Source of the DNA: an uncultured Chthonomonadaceae bacterium
GTDB taxonomy: Bacteria > Armatimonadota > Chthonomonadetes > Chthonomonadales > Chthonomonadaceae
Length of the DNA stretch: 64,000 nt
Assembly: GCA_963835065.1 (NCBI GenBank)
Contig: CAWIEK010000009.1
Location: 1 to 64,000, forward strand
Direction: 5' to 3'
The notes under the pieces were generated by a model. That model saw nothing but the letters and a program-made list of their open reading frames with translations. It was not told the DNA's origin and did not search any database. A program made the translations under genes and the position numbers. Shown piece by piece: positions 8,575-16,914 of this stretch (position 1 is the first letter of the stretch; each line of letters begins with the position of its first letter).

Positions 8575-11216
8575 ACCTTTTCCGCCGCTCTCTGTCGCGC
8601 CTGCCGGGACTTGGCCTCGCGCTGACTGTCATCGGGATACTGACGTTTCTCTACGCCAAAACGCAGGGCGTTGACGCCAGGCTGCACAATACCGTCCTGA
8701 ACGACATCCGGCAGTTGAAGCAGGTAGATGACAACCTGAACTTAGACATTTACGCCCTGCGCTTCCACCTGCTCACCTATTATGACCCGACCGTACAGAA
8801 GACGGAGCAGTTGTCGGCGGCCTTTGCCGACCTGCAAAACGCGCTGTTCGCGCTTTATCCGCAGCAGCCTGCCGATCTGACTCAAAGCGTTGCGGAGTAC
8901 GCCCGCCTGTTCGCCGAGAAGCGCGGCCTGATCGAGCAATTCAAGTCGTCCAATGCCGTTCTTAATAACTCGCTTACCTATTTCCCTACGGCCTGCGCCA
9001 ATCTGACCGCCAGGATGCGGCAGGGCGGGGCGAGCGATGCCTTGCTGCTGCAAACGCAAGCCTTGCAGCACAACGTCCTCCTCTACCACCTGGCCGGCGA
9101 CCCGGCGATCAAGACGCAAATTAACGAACAGATAAGGCGGCTCTACCATGCCTTTGCCGCCTGCCCCATAGGGGCGCGGGCGGACCTCGACCTTATGCTG
9201 GCCCATGCGTATACCGTCGCGCAGCAAAAAGAGCGCGTGGATACGCTGGTAGCCCGGCTCGTCGCGCTGCCCGACGACAAAGACATGGATCAAGTGTACC
9301 TGGCCTACCGCGCTCATTACGAGCAGACAGTGTATGAGACCAATATCTACCGCTTTTACCTGTATGTCGCGTGTGTCGGACTGCTGCTGTATGCCGTCCG
9401 CACACTCGTAAAGTTAAGCCGGAAGAGCCAGGCGCTCAACGCTGCCAATGAGACACTCGAACAGCGGGTTCTGGAGCGCACCCAGGCGCTTTCGCTTTCC
9501 AATGCGGGACTGAGCGAAAGTGAACAGCGCTTCCGCGCTATCTTCAACGGCACAGCCGTCGGCGTGGCGCGGGTCAACCTGGAAGGACATTTTCTGGAAA
9601 CGAACCAGGCGCTGCACGCGATACTGGGTTACAACGAGCGGGAACTGCAGGCATTGACGGTTTCCGATTGTACGCACCCGGAAGATCAAAATCAAAGTTC
9701 CACGCTGTTTGCCGAGGTCGCTGCAGGCAAGCGCGATCATTACCAGATTGAGAAGCGGTATGTTCGCAAAGACAGCAGGATTGTATGGGCGCATCTTACC
9801 GTCTCGCTGGTGCGTGACATGGATTCCCGGCCCCTGTTTGTGATCGCCCTCATAGAGGACATTACCGAACACAAGCTGACGGAAGCCCGCATCGAACACC
9901 TCGCCTACCATGACGCTTTGACGGGCTTGCCCAACCGCACCCTGTTCATGGATCGTCTGGGCCGGGAACTGCTGGAAACCAGTCGGCAGGAGCAGAAGAT
10001 CGGCATTTTATTCCTTGACCTGGATCGCTTCAAAATCATCAATGACAGCCTGGGACACAAGATCGGCGACCTGCTACTGCAGGGAGTTGCGGAACGGCTG
10101 CGAGGGTGTGTGCGCTCTTCGGATACGGTTTCCCGGCTGGGCGGCGACGAGTTTGTCGTGTTGCTGCCGCTGATAAAACATCGGGAAGAAGTAGACAGGG
10201 TAGCCCACAGCATTGTGGAGAAGATGCAGAAGCCTTTCCTGCTGGAGGGAAAGGAATGTTTCGTTACGGCGAGCGTCGGGGTCAGCATCTATCCTGACGA
10301 TGGCACGGACGTTGAAGCGCTGATGAAGAACTCGGACATGGCGATGTACCATGCGAAAGAACAGGGGCGCAACGCATTCGAGGTGTTTACGCCGACCATG
10401 AACCAGCATGCGGTGGAGCGGCTATCGCTGGAAACCGGCCTGCATAGAGCTTTGGAGAACAACGAGTTTCTCCTCTACTATCAGCCGCAGGTCAATCTGC
10501 GTACCGGCCATATCTACGGCCTGGAAGCGCTGCTGCGCTGGCAGCATCCGACGCGGGGCATGATCTCGCCATTGGATTTCATACCTCTGGCGGAAGAAAC
10601 GGGCCTGATCGTGCCCATCGGACAGTGGGTTTTGCGGGCCGCCTGCCGGCAGGCGATGGATTGGCAGGAACAGGGACATGGGCTGCTGCAGATGGGCGTC
10701 AATCTCTCGCTCTGCCAGTTCCGGCAGGTCAACCTCGTCTCGGAGGTAATGCGCGCCTTACAAGAGTCCGGCCTGCAAGCGCTCAACCTGGACCTGGAGA
10801 TTACCGAAAGTATGGCGATGGAGGGCATTCAGAGTAAAATAGCGACCTTACAGAACCTGCGGCGGCAGGGCTTGAAATTGTCGCTAGACGACTTCGGAAC
10901 CGGCTTTTCCTCCTTAAACTACCTGCGGCAACTGCCTATTGATACGGTCAAAATAGACCGCTCGTTTGTACAGCAGATTACGGTGGATGCGCGCGATGCC
11001 GCCATTGCCGCCAACATCATCCACATGGCCCACACCCTGGGCCTGAAAGTGGTTGCCGAAGGCGTAGAGACTTTGGCGCAAAGAGCGTTCTTGGAGCAGC
11101 AGGGATGTGACGCCATTCAGGGGTATCTGGTAAGCCGCCCGCTGCCCGCGACGGAATGTACGCGCCTGCTCGAAGCAACGGCGCAAAGCCCTGTCGGATT
11201 GGCGAAGGCCGCTTGA
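8571..11216 (+). CDS. Membrane sensor (DAHL-like extracytoplasmic domain) PAS-GGDEF-EAL diguanylate cyclase/phosphodiesterase
   Basis: Two TM segments flanking a helical domain ([16 protein letters not shown]), [33 protein letters not shown] overlap with upstream gene. Confidence 0.92.
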   Translation: MNLFRRSLSRLPGLGLALTVIGILTFLYAKTQGVDARLHNTVLNDIRQLKQVDDNLNLDIYALRFHLLTYYDPTVQKTEQLSAAFADLQNALFALYPQQPADLTQSVAEYARLFAEKRGLIEQFKSSNAVLNNSLTYFPTACANLTARMRQGGASDALLLQTQALQHNVLLYHLAGDPAIKTQINEQIRRLYHAFAACPIGARADLDLMLAHAYTVAQQKERVDTLVARLVALPDDKDMDQVYLAYRAHYEQTVYETNIYRFYLYVACVGLLLYAVRTLVKLSRKSQALNAANETLEQRVLERTQALSLSNAGLSESEQRFRAIFNGTAVGVARVNLEGHFLETNQALHAILGYNERELQALTVSDCTHPEDQNQSSTLFAEVAAGKRDHYQIEKRYVRKDSRIVWAHLTVSLVRDMDSRPLFVIALIEDITEHKLTEARIEHLAYHDALTGLPNRTLFMDRLGRELLETSRQEQKIGILFLDLDRFKIINDSLGHKIGDLLLQGVAERLRGCVRSSDTVSRLGGDEFVVLLPLIKHREEVDRVAHSIVEKMQKPFLLEGKECFVTASVGVSIYPDDGTDVEALMKNSDMAMYHAKEQGRNAFEVFTPTMNQHAVERLSLETGLHRALENNEFLLYYQPQVNLRTGHIYGLEALLRWQHPTRGMISPLDFIPLAEETGLIVPIGQWVLRAACRQAMDWQEQGHGLLQMGVNLSLCQFRQVNLVSEVMRALQESGLQALNLDLEITESMAMEGIQSKIATLQNLRRQGLKLSLDDFGTGFSSLNYLRQLPIDTVKIDRSFVQQITVDARDAAIAANIIHMAHTLGLKVVAEGVETLAQRAFLEQQGCDAIQGYLVSRPLPATECTRLLEATAQSPVGLAKAA

Positions 11217-11559
11217 CCAGTCGCCTCATTAGCGCTCTGCCATAACCGGCCCTGCTGCCGCAATTATGGCGCGGAAAAAAGGAAAGACACGGAGGGGGAC
11301 AGAACCCGCAAAAGCCCGGGAATACGCTGCGAAAGAAGCGTACATCGAGGTTGTTTCTATGGTACGATACACTAACAAAATCCCGATGCGCTGCGCCTAT
11401 TTTTGCGAACGTTTTCTTCCGAGTATCTGAATAAGCGGTAACGCCCTCGGACTCCCTCTTCTGCCCTGCTTTCCTCCGGCGCGTCTTTTCTTTTTGCGGA
11501 ACCGTTCTCTTTACTTATCTTTTTCGACAACCTGAGCGTTGTATCTGTCAGGAGTTTCA

Positions 11560-12684
11560 ATGTCTAACGCAGTGATCAATGAACGGGCGGTGGTCGCGCT
11601 GTACCCTACCCTATCCAGCGACAATATAAAGTCTTCTCTGCCGAAGAAGCCCGAACAACTGCAAAGCATCGCCACCTTGATGAATAGCGAGGCGCGTCTT
11701 CGGCTCATCGAAGAAAACGTGCATGACTTTGCCATTATTGTTTTGGACATCGAGGGCTGCATCGTCGCCTGGAACATCGGAGCGGAACGCATCCTGGGCT
11801 ACAAGGAAGAGGAGGTGCTGGGCCGTCCCATTGCCCTTATCTTCACGCCCGAAGATGAGGAGCAGGGCGTATCTGCCTGTGAGTTGGAAACGGCGTCAGC
11901 GACCGGGCGGGCTGAGGATGAGCGATGGCATGTCCGCAAGGATGACTCGCGCTTATGGGCCAGCGGTATTATGACGGGCTTACGCGATGATGCGGGCGCG
12001 CTTTGTGGATACGTCAAGATTTTACGCGATTTTACCGCTCGCAAGCAGGCTCAGGAGCAGATAGAAGCGCTGAATGCGCGCCTGCAGCGTGGCATTCTCG
12101 ATGGCCTGCACCGAACAAAGAACAACCTTTACATGGTCGCGGCCCTGGTAGAAATGCAGGCGGCAGAACATGAAGGCACCCTCCCTGCCGAGGAAGTCCA
12201 ACAGATTATAGCCCATGTTGGGTCGCTGGCAGAAGTGCATGATCTTCTCACCCACGAAATCACGAGCGAAGGGCAGTCAGAAAGGATACCCGCAGAGGTC
12301 GTCCTGGAAAAGCTGCTGACATTGCTCCAAAAAACAACAGGGAACAGACTCCTCAATTATGAGATTGCGCCCGCGCGCTTGACCGGCAAGCAGGTGATGG
12401 CCCTGGCGCTGATGACGAATGAAATCTGCACCAATGCCCTGAAATACAGTCACGGCAGTGTCACCGTGACGTTCAGGGCGGACCAGGAAGTGGCGACGCT
12501 AGAAGTGTGTGATGATGGCCCCGGCTTCAAGGAGGCGTTCAACTCCTTAATCAACTCCAGCGTCGGGCTTGATCTTGTGGGGCACATCGTTCGTATTGAC
12601 CTGTGTGGACAAATCAGGTATGAGAACCGCCCGGAAGGTGGCGCGCGAGTTGTCGTTGAATTTCCAATTCCGCAGCAGCGCTGA
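11560..12684 (+). CDS. PAS-domain sensor histidine kinase (HisKA_2/HWE type)
   Basis: PAS (WNIGAERILGY), HRTKNNL H-box, NEICTNALKY N-box, DDGPG; start uncertain. Confidence 0.88.
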   Translation: MSNAVINERAVVALYPTLSSDNIKSSLPKKPEQLQSIATLMNSEARLRLIEENVHDFAIIVLDIEGCIVAWNIGAERILGYKEEEVLGRPIALIFTPEDEEQGVSACELETASATGRAEDERWHVRKDDSRLWASGIMTGLRDDAGALCGYVKILRDFTARKQAQEQIEALNARLQRGILDGLHRTKNNLYMVAALVEMQAAEHEGTLPAEEVQQIIAHVGSLAEVHDLLTHEITSEGQSERIPAEVVLEKLLTLLQKTTGNRLLNYEIAPARLTGKQVMALALMTNEICTNALKYSHGSVTVTFRADQEVATLEVCDDGPGFKEAFNSLINSSVGLDLVGHIVRIDLCGQIRYENRPEGGARVVVEFPIPQQR

Positions 12685-12764
12685 CAGCAAAAGCGCGGTA
12701 TCAGCGAAAAGACAGCCCTCCATGCTTTCGTGAGAAGCGGCAGAGGCGTATACGTTGTTCCCGG

Positions 12765-12798
12765 GGCCGAGCAGAAGAAGCGCTTCTTCTGCTCGGCC
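12765..12798. repeat. Perfect 34-bp loopless palindrome
   Basis: GGCCGAGCAGAAGAAGCGCTTCTTCTGCTCGGCC is its own reverse complement. Confidence 0.9.
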
Positions 12799-12939
12799 TG
12801 ACTGCGTGTGTCCTCATGGCATTGCGAATATAAATTCATTTCTCGCAAGCGTAGGGTATAGAGTTTTATATAACTATTTTCCAACATTATCGTATGTAAA
12901 AGAGGGAATACGCGGCTGCGCATAGAATGTACGAAAACA

Positions 12940-13003
12940 GAGAATACATCTGCCGCCCGCTGTGGTAAGACGGAGAATACATCTGCCGCCCGCTGCGGTA
13001 AGA
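12940..13003. repeat. 33-bp-period tandem duplication
   Basis: GAGAATACATCTGCCGCCCGCTG(T/C)GGTAAGA twice. Confidence 0.9.
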
Positions 13004-13052
13004 AGGCATAATTCAGAGCAGGCGAGACTGCCTCGCGGGAAAGGCGCGCAAC

Positions 13053-13496
13053 ATGGAACAGGCTACGCCGGCCATACGGGATTTAGCCCGGATTTTGCTG
13101 GCATTGGAGGCAAACCGAAGCGAACACGCCGAAGGGGAAGTACATGCCGTTTTGAGTGTTTTTGCAAAACTGCGTTCGCACTTATCTAAACTCGTGGGTA
13201 TGGCGGGATTTCAGGCGCTTTTGGCCCGCGCCCTCGCCCTGGCAAAGGCCGAAGTCGGCTGGCTGGAAGCCGTCCGGGTTCAGGCCGACGCAATGTTGGC
13301 AGGGTTCGGCGAGGCGGCGCAGGAACTGCCTGCCCAAACTGTTACAGAGGGTAGCGTGGTATTGCTGGCGCAGTTGCTCGGCCTTCTTGTCACCTTTATC
13401 GGCGAGTCCCTGACGCTGCGCCTTGTGGCAGATGTGTGGCCGGAGGCGCAAGGGAACGCGATTAATTTCAGCGCGGAGGAGACACGGCATGAGTGA
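13053..13496 (+). CDS. Helical hypothetical protein upstream of KaiC-like ATPase
   Basis: 147 aa ORF overlapping the KaiC start; LSKLVGMAGFQALLARAL and LVTFIGESLTLRL segments. Confidence 0.8.
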   Translation: MEQATPAIRDLARILLALEANRSEHAEGEVHAVLSVFAKLRSHLSKLVGMAGFQALLARALALAKAEVGWLEAVRVQADAMLAGFGEAAQELPAQTVTEGSVVLLAQLLGLLVTFIGESLTLRLVADVWPEAQGNAINFSAEETRHE

Positions 13497-14991
13497 GCAA
13501 GGCAAAGTGAATATTAGCAGACTGACGACCGGAGTTCCGGGACTTGATGCTGTCCTGGGGGGTGGGGTGCCGGAGTTTTCTTTCAACATCATTGCGGGCG
13601 CTCCCGGAAGTGGCAAAACTACGCTGGCGCACCAGATTGTGTTTGCCAACACTTCCCACGAACGGCCTGTCCTTTATTTTACCGTTCTGGGCGAACCCGC
13701 CCTGAAGATGATGCGCTACCAGCAGCAGTTTAGCTTCTTCGATCCCGCCAAAGTGCCCCAATTCATCCGCTTCATCAATCTGAGCCAGGTGGTGCTGGAA
13801 AACGATCTGGGCGCGGTTCTTGAGGAGATCATCAAAGAGGTTGAAGCGACAAATCCCGGCATCGTTGTGGTGGATTCCTTTAGAACCATCGTGCGCAAAG
13901 CGCAGTCAAGCAGTTCTGCCGAGTGGGAACTGCAAGGTTTTATACAGCGCCTCGCCCTCTACCTTACCAGTTGGCAGGCCACGACCTTTCTTGTCGGGGA
14001 GTATGTAGAGGCGGAAATGCGTGACAACCCCATCTTCACCGTCGCCGACGGCCTGTTCTGGCTTACGCAAAGCGTGGAGCGCAACTCCGTCGTGCGCAAG
14101 ATGCAGGTCATGAAGCTGCGCGGGCAGGAATCCGTGCCGGGACTGCATACCTTCCGCATCACCGAAAACGGTCTGCAAGTCTTCTCCCGCACCCTGGGCC
14201 TGCTGGCGAAAAAGCCGGAACAACCCTCCATACGGCGGCTTTCTACCGGCATTGCGGAACTGGACGCGATGCTTAATGGCGGTATCCCGGAAGGCGACAG
14301 CGTCCTGGTGGCAGGTCCCTCCGGGACGGGGAAATCTCTCCTCGCCACACAATTCCTTGCGGAAGGCATCCGACAGGGTGAGCCGGCAATCGCCGCCGTG
14401 TTTGAAGAACGCCCGGAAGGGTACACCGAGCGCGCCAACAGCTTCGGCCTGAATTGGACCACGCCACAGACGGAAGGGCTGTTAAAGATTGTCTACCTGC
14501 GTCCCCTCGATCTTTCCGTAGACGAGATGCTGGAGGAATTGCTGGATACCGTTGAAAAGATGAGAGCCAGGCGCGTGGTGATCAATTCGCTGGCCGGCTT
14601 CGAGCTGGCGCTTGCGCCGGGTTTCCGACAGGACTTTCGAGAATCGCTTTATCGTATGATCGCAGCCTTGACGAATATCGGCGTTACGGTTCTAAGCACG
14701 GTGGAACTGCCCGAATCGTTTACCGACCTGCCCTTTAGCGCGCAGGCGATTTCATTTCTTACCGATGACATTATCCGGTTGCGCTACGTTGAGATTGACG
14801 GCCAGTTGCGCAAAATTTTGGTTGTCGTCAAGATGCGAGGCGGCCAGCACAGCAAAGATATTCGCGAGTACGAAATCACGTCCGAAGGCGTGAAGATAGG
14901 CGTACGGCTTGAAGGCTATCGCGGCCTGATCACCGGCGTTCCTGAGCGCGTAGAGCCGACTGATGGAGAGACAAAAGCATCGCCCACCTAA
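13489..14991 (+). CDS. Two-domain KaiC/RAD55-family ATPase
   Basis: Two RecA-like domains with Walker A GAPGSGKT and GPSGTGKS, TGVPGLD/TGIAELD, KLRG/KMRG motifs; SD GGAGGAG. Confidence 0.93.
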   Translation: MSEQGKVNISRLTTGVPGLDAVLGGGVPEFSFNIIAGAPGSGKTTLAHQIVFANTSHERPVLYFTVLGEPALKMMRYQQQFSFFDPAKVPQFIRFINLSQVVLENDLGAVLEEIIKEVEATNPGIVVVDSFRTIVRKAQSSSSAEWELQGFIQRLALYLTSWQATTFLVGEYVEAEMRDNPIFTVADGLFWLTQSVERNSVVRKMQVMKLRGQESVPGLHTFRITENGLQVFSRTLGLLAKKPEQPSIRRLSTGIAELDAMLNGGIPEGDSVLVAGPSGTGKSLLATQFLAEGIRQGEPAIAAVFEERPEGYTERANSFGLNWTTPQTEGLLKIVYLRPLDLSVDEMLEELLDTVEKMRARRVVINSLAGFELALAPGFRQDFRESLYRMIAALTNIGVTVLSTVELPESFTDLPFSAQAISFLTDDIIRLRYVEIDGQLRKILVVVKMRGGQHSKDIREYEITSEGVKIGVRLEGYRGLITGVPERVEPTDGETKASPT

Positions 14992-15018
14992 ACAAGTGGG
15001 CAGGAAGTACAAAAAACC

Positions 15019-16314
15019 ATGTGTACAGGGACAGATGCCCGGCATGTCGAAGCAGGGTCGGCAGGCAGCGCGGAAATCAACGCCGCGCTTCGTTCCTGCC
15101 GCGCCATGATGACGTGTTCACCCCTGCCTCTCGTTGCCGTTGAGGGTCAGGAACACGCGGTACGCTATGTTAATCCCGCTTTCTGCCTGCTTGTTGGGAA
15201 GGAAGCGGAGGAGTTGCTAAACCGCCCGTTTGCGCTTGCCGTGCCGGAAGGGAAAGCAAATGGATGTATCGCGCTGCTGGAGCGCGTGACCCAAACGGGC
15301 GTAACGGAGACACTCGCGGATCAGGAACATGCCCGTGCTTCCCTTCCCGATTCCTCTCGCTCCGGTGTTTACTGGTCCTATGTGGCCTGGCCGATCCTTG
15401 CCAATGAGGGCCATACGATAGCCGTGATGATCCAGGTGACGGATAGCACGGGCATTGCCCAATTCCGTCATCAAGTGACCACCATGAACCAGGAGTTGCT
15501 GCTTTCCAGCGTACGCCAGCATGAATTGAGGGAAGTAGCGGAGGCGCTGAACGCCAGATTGCAGGCACTGGCAACGACAGATGGACTGACCGGCTTGAAC
15601 AACCATCGCACCTTTCAGGAGCTTCTGCAGGAAGAAGTGGAACGCGCGCAGCGCTACAACGCGCCCCTTTCCCTGCTGTTCCTGGATGTGGATGACTTCA
15701 AGGGTTATAATGACACATTCGGCCATCCTGCCGGGGATGCCGTGCTGCACAAGATTGGTGAAGTATTAAAAGTGACGGCTCGCGGCAACGACCTGGCAGC
15801 CCGCTATGGAGGCGAGGAATTCGCTGTAATCCTGATCGAAACCGATGTGACAAGCGCCAGGATCGCCGCCGAACGGTTCCGGGCCGCTATTGAGCGCGTA
15901 CCCTGGGAGGAGCGCCCGATCACAATCTCCGTGGGCGCGGCAACCTTATCCCCGTCCGTTTGTGACCCCGCAGCCCTGATCGCGGCAGCCGATACAGCCT
16001 TATACCGCGCCAAGGCGCGCGGGCGCAACTGTGTTTTACACAGCGCCGATGTTCCTGGCGATGTTCCTAATGTGGAAGAAATGGCTGCGGAAGCCCCGTC
16101 TCCTGCCACAAACAGACACGCGCTTGCGCCGCCTTCCACCGCGCCGAGGATGCAGCAGGCCCTCAACGAATTTCGCGCTAAGGTCGAAGACGCTGTGGAA
16201 ACAATCGGGGCAAGCCTGCAAAGTTCGCAGGACGCGATGGTCGTGTGTTTGTCGCGGCTCGTCGAATCGCGGGATGAGGAGACACAGGAACACAGCCTGC
16301 GCGTCACGGAATGA
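15019..16314 (+). CDS. PAS-GGDEF diguanylate cyclase, ending in the first residues of an HD-GYP domain
   Basis: DGLTGLNN, RGND I-site, RYGGEEF; C-terminus SRDEETQEHSLRVTE is an HD-GYP N-terminus. Confidence 0.9.
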   Translation: MCTGTDARHVEAGSAGSAEINAALRSCRAMMTCSPLPLVAVEGQEHAVRYVNPAFCLLVGKEAEELLNRPFALAVPEGKANGCIALLERVTQTGVTETLADQEHARASLPDSSRSGVYWSYVAWPILANEGHTIAVMIQVTDSTGIAQFRHQVTTMNQELLLSSVRQHELREVAEALNARLQALATTDGLTGLNNHRTFQELLQEEVERAQRYNAPLSLLFLDVDDFKGYNDTFGHPAGDAVLHKIGEVLKVTARGNDLAARYGGEEFAVILIETDVTSARIAAERFRAAIERVPWEERPITISVGAATLSPSVCDPAALIAAADTALYRAKARGRNCVLHSADVPGDVPNVEEMAAEAPSPATNRHALAPPSTAPRMQQALNEFRAKVEDAVETIGASLQSSQDAMVVCLSRLVESRDEETQEHSLRVTE

Positions 16315-16805
16315 TCGTGAAACTGGCACAAGCGCTTGGGATGAATGACGAAGAAGTCCTGCTCGTGAAATGGGGCGGGCTCCTCCATGACATCGGCAAG
16401 GTCGGCATCCTCGACGCCATCCTGCACAAGCCGGGAGCGCTCACAAACGAGGAGAGAGCCGTCATGCAGCGTCATCCCGCTCTTGCCTTCCAGATGCTTT
16501 CCACCCTCCCCTTTTTGGTCGGAGCCGCTCTCGACATTCCCCGTTATCATCATGAGAAATGGGACGGCAGCGGCTACCCCTACGGTTTGAAAGGCGAGGC
16601 CATTCCCCTTTCGGCAAGGCTGTTCGCCGTCGTGGATGTCTACGATGCCCTTCTCTCCGACCGTCCCTACCGCGAGGCATGGACGGAACACGACGCCCGC
16701 CGGTATCTCACCGCCAAAGCCGGAACTCACTTCGATCCCAATGCCGTCAAAGCGTTTGTAGCCATGCTCGAAGCGCAAACGAAAGCCAAGGCCGATGCCC
16801 TCTGA
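16311..16805 (+). CDS. HD-GYP phosphodiesterase domain, C-terminal part (separated by frameshift)
   Basis: LHDIGK, HHEKWDGSGYPYGL, DVYDALLSDRPYR; ATGA overlap with upstream stop. Confidence 0.85.
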   Translation: MIVKLAQALGMNDEEVLLVKWGGLLHDIGKVGILDAILHKPGALTNEERAVMQRHPALAFQMLSTLPFLVGAALDIPRYHHEKWDGSGYPYGLKGEAIPLSARLFAVVDVYDALLSDRPYREAWTEHDARRYLTAKAGTHFDPNAVKAFVAMLEAQTKAKADAL

Positions 16806-16914
16806 AACCCCGGAGTTGCGGCTAAGGTTGGTTGTGGTACGGGGCGGCGCAACGCCTCTCAAAAAGAGGCTGCCGCCTAGTTGTCAAGACAATTTTTACG
16901 CAAAGGAGAAACTG

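Noticed and set aside
12940..13003. 31-nt direct repeat pair as CRISPR repeats
   Set aside because: Only two copies separated by 2 nt; a simple tandem duplication.
13489..14991. Circadian clock kaiC
   Set aside because: No kaiA/kaiB nearby and the second phosphosite Thr is replaced; treated as a KaiC-like ATPase without a gene symbol.
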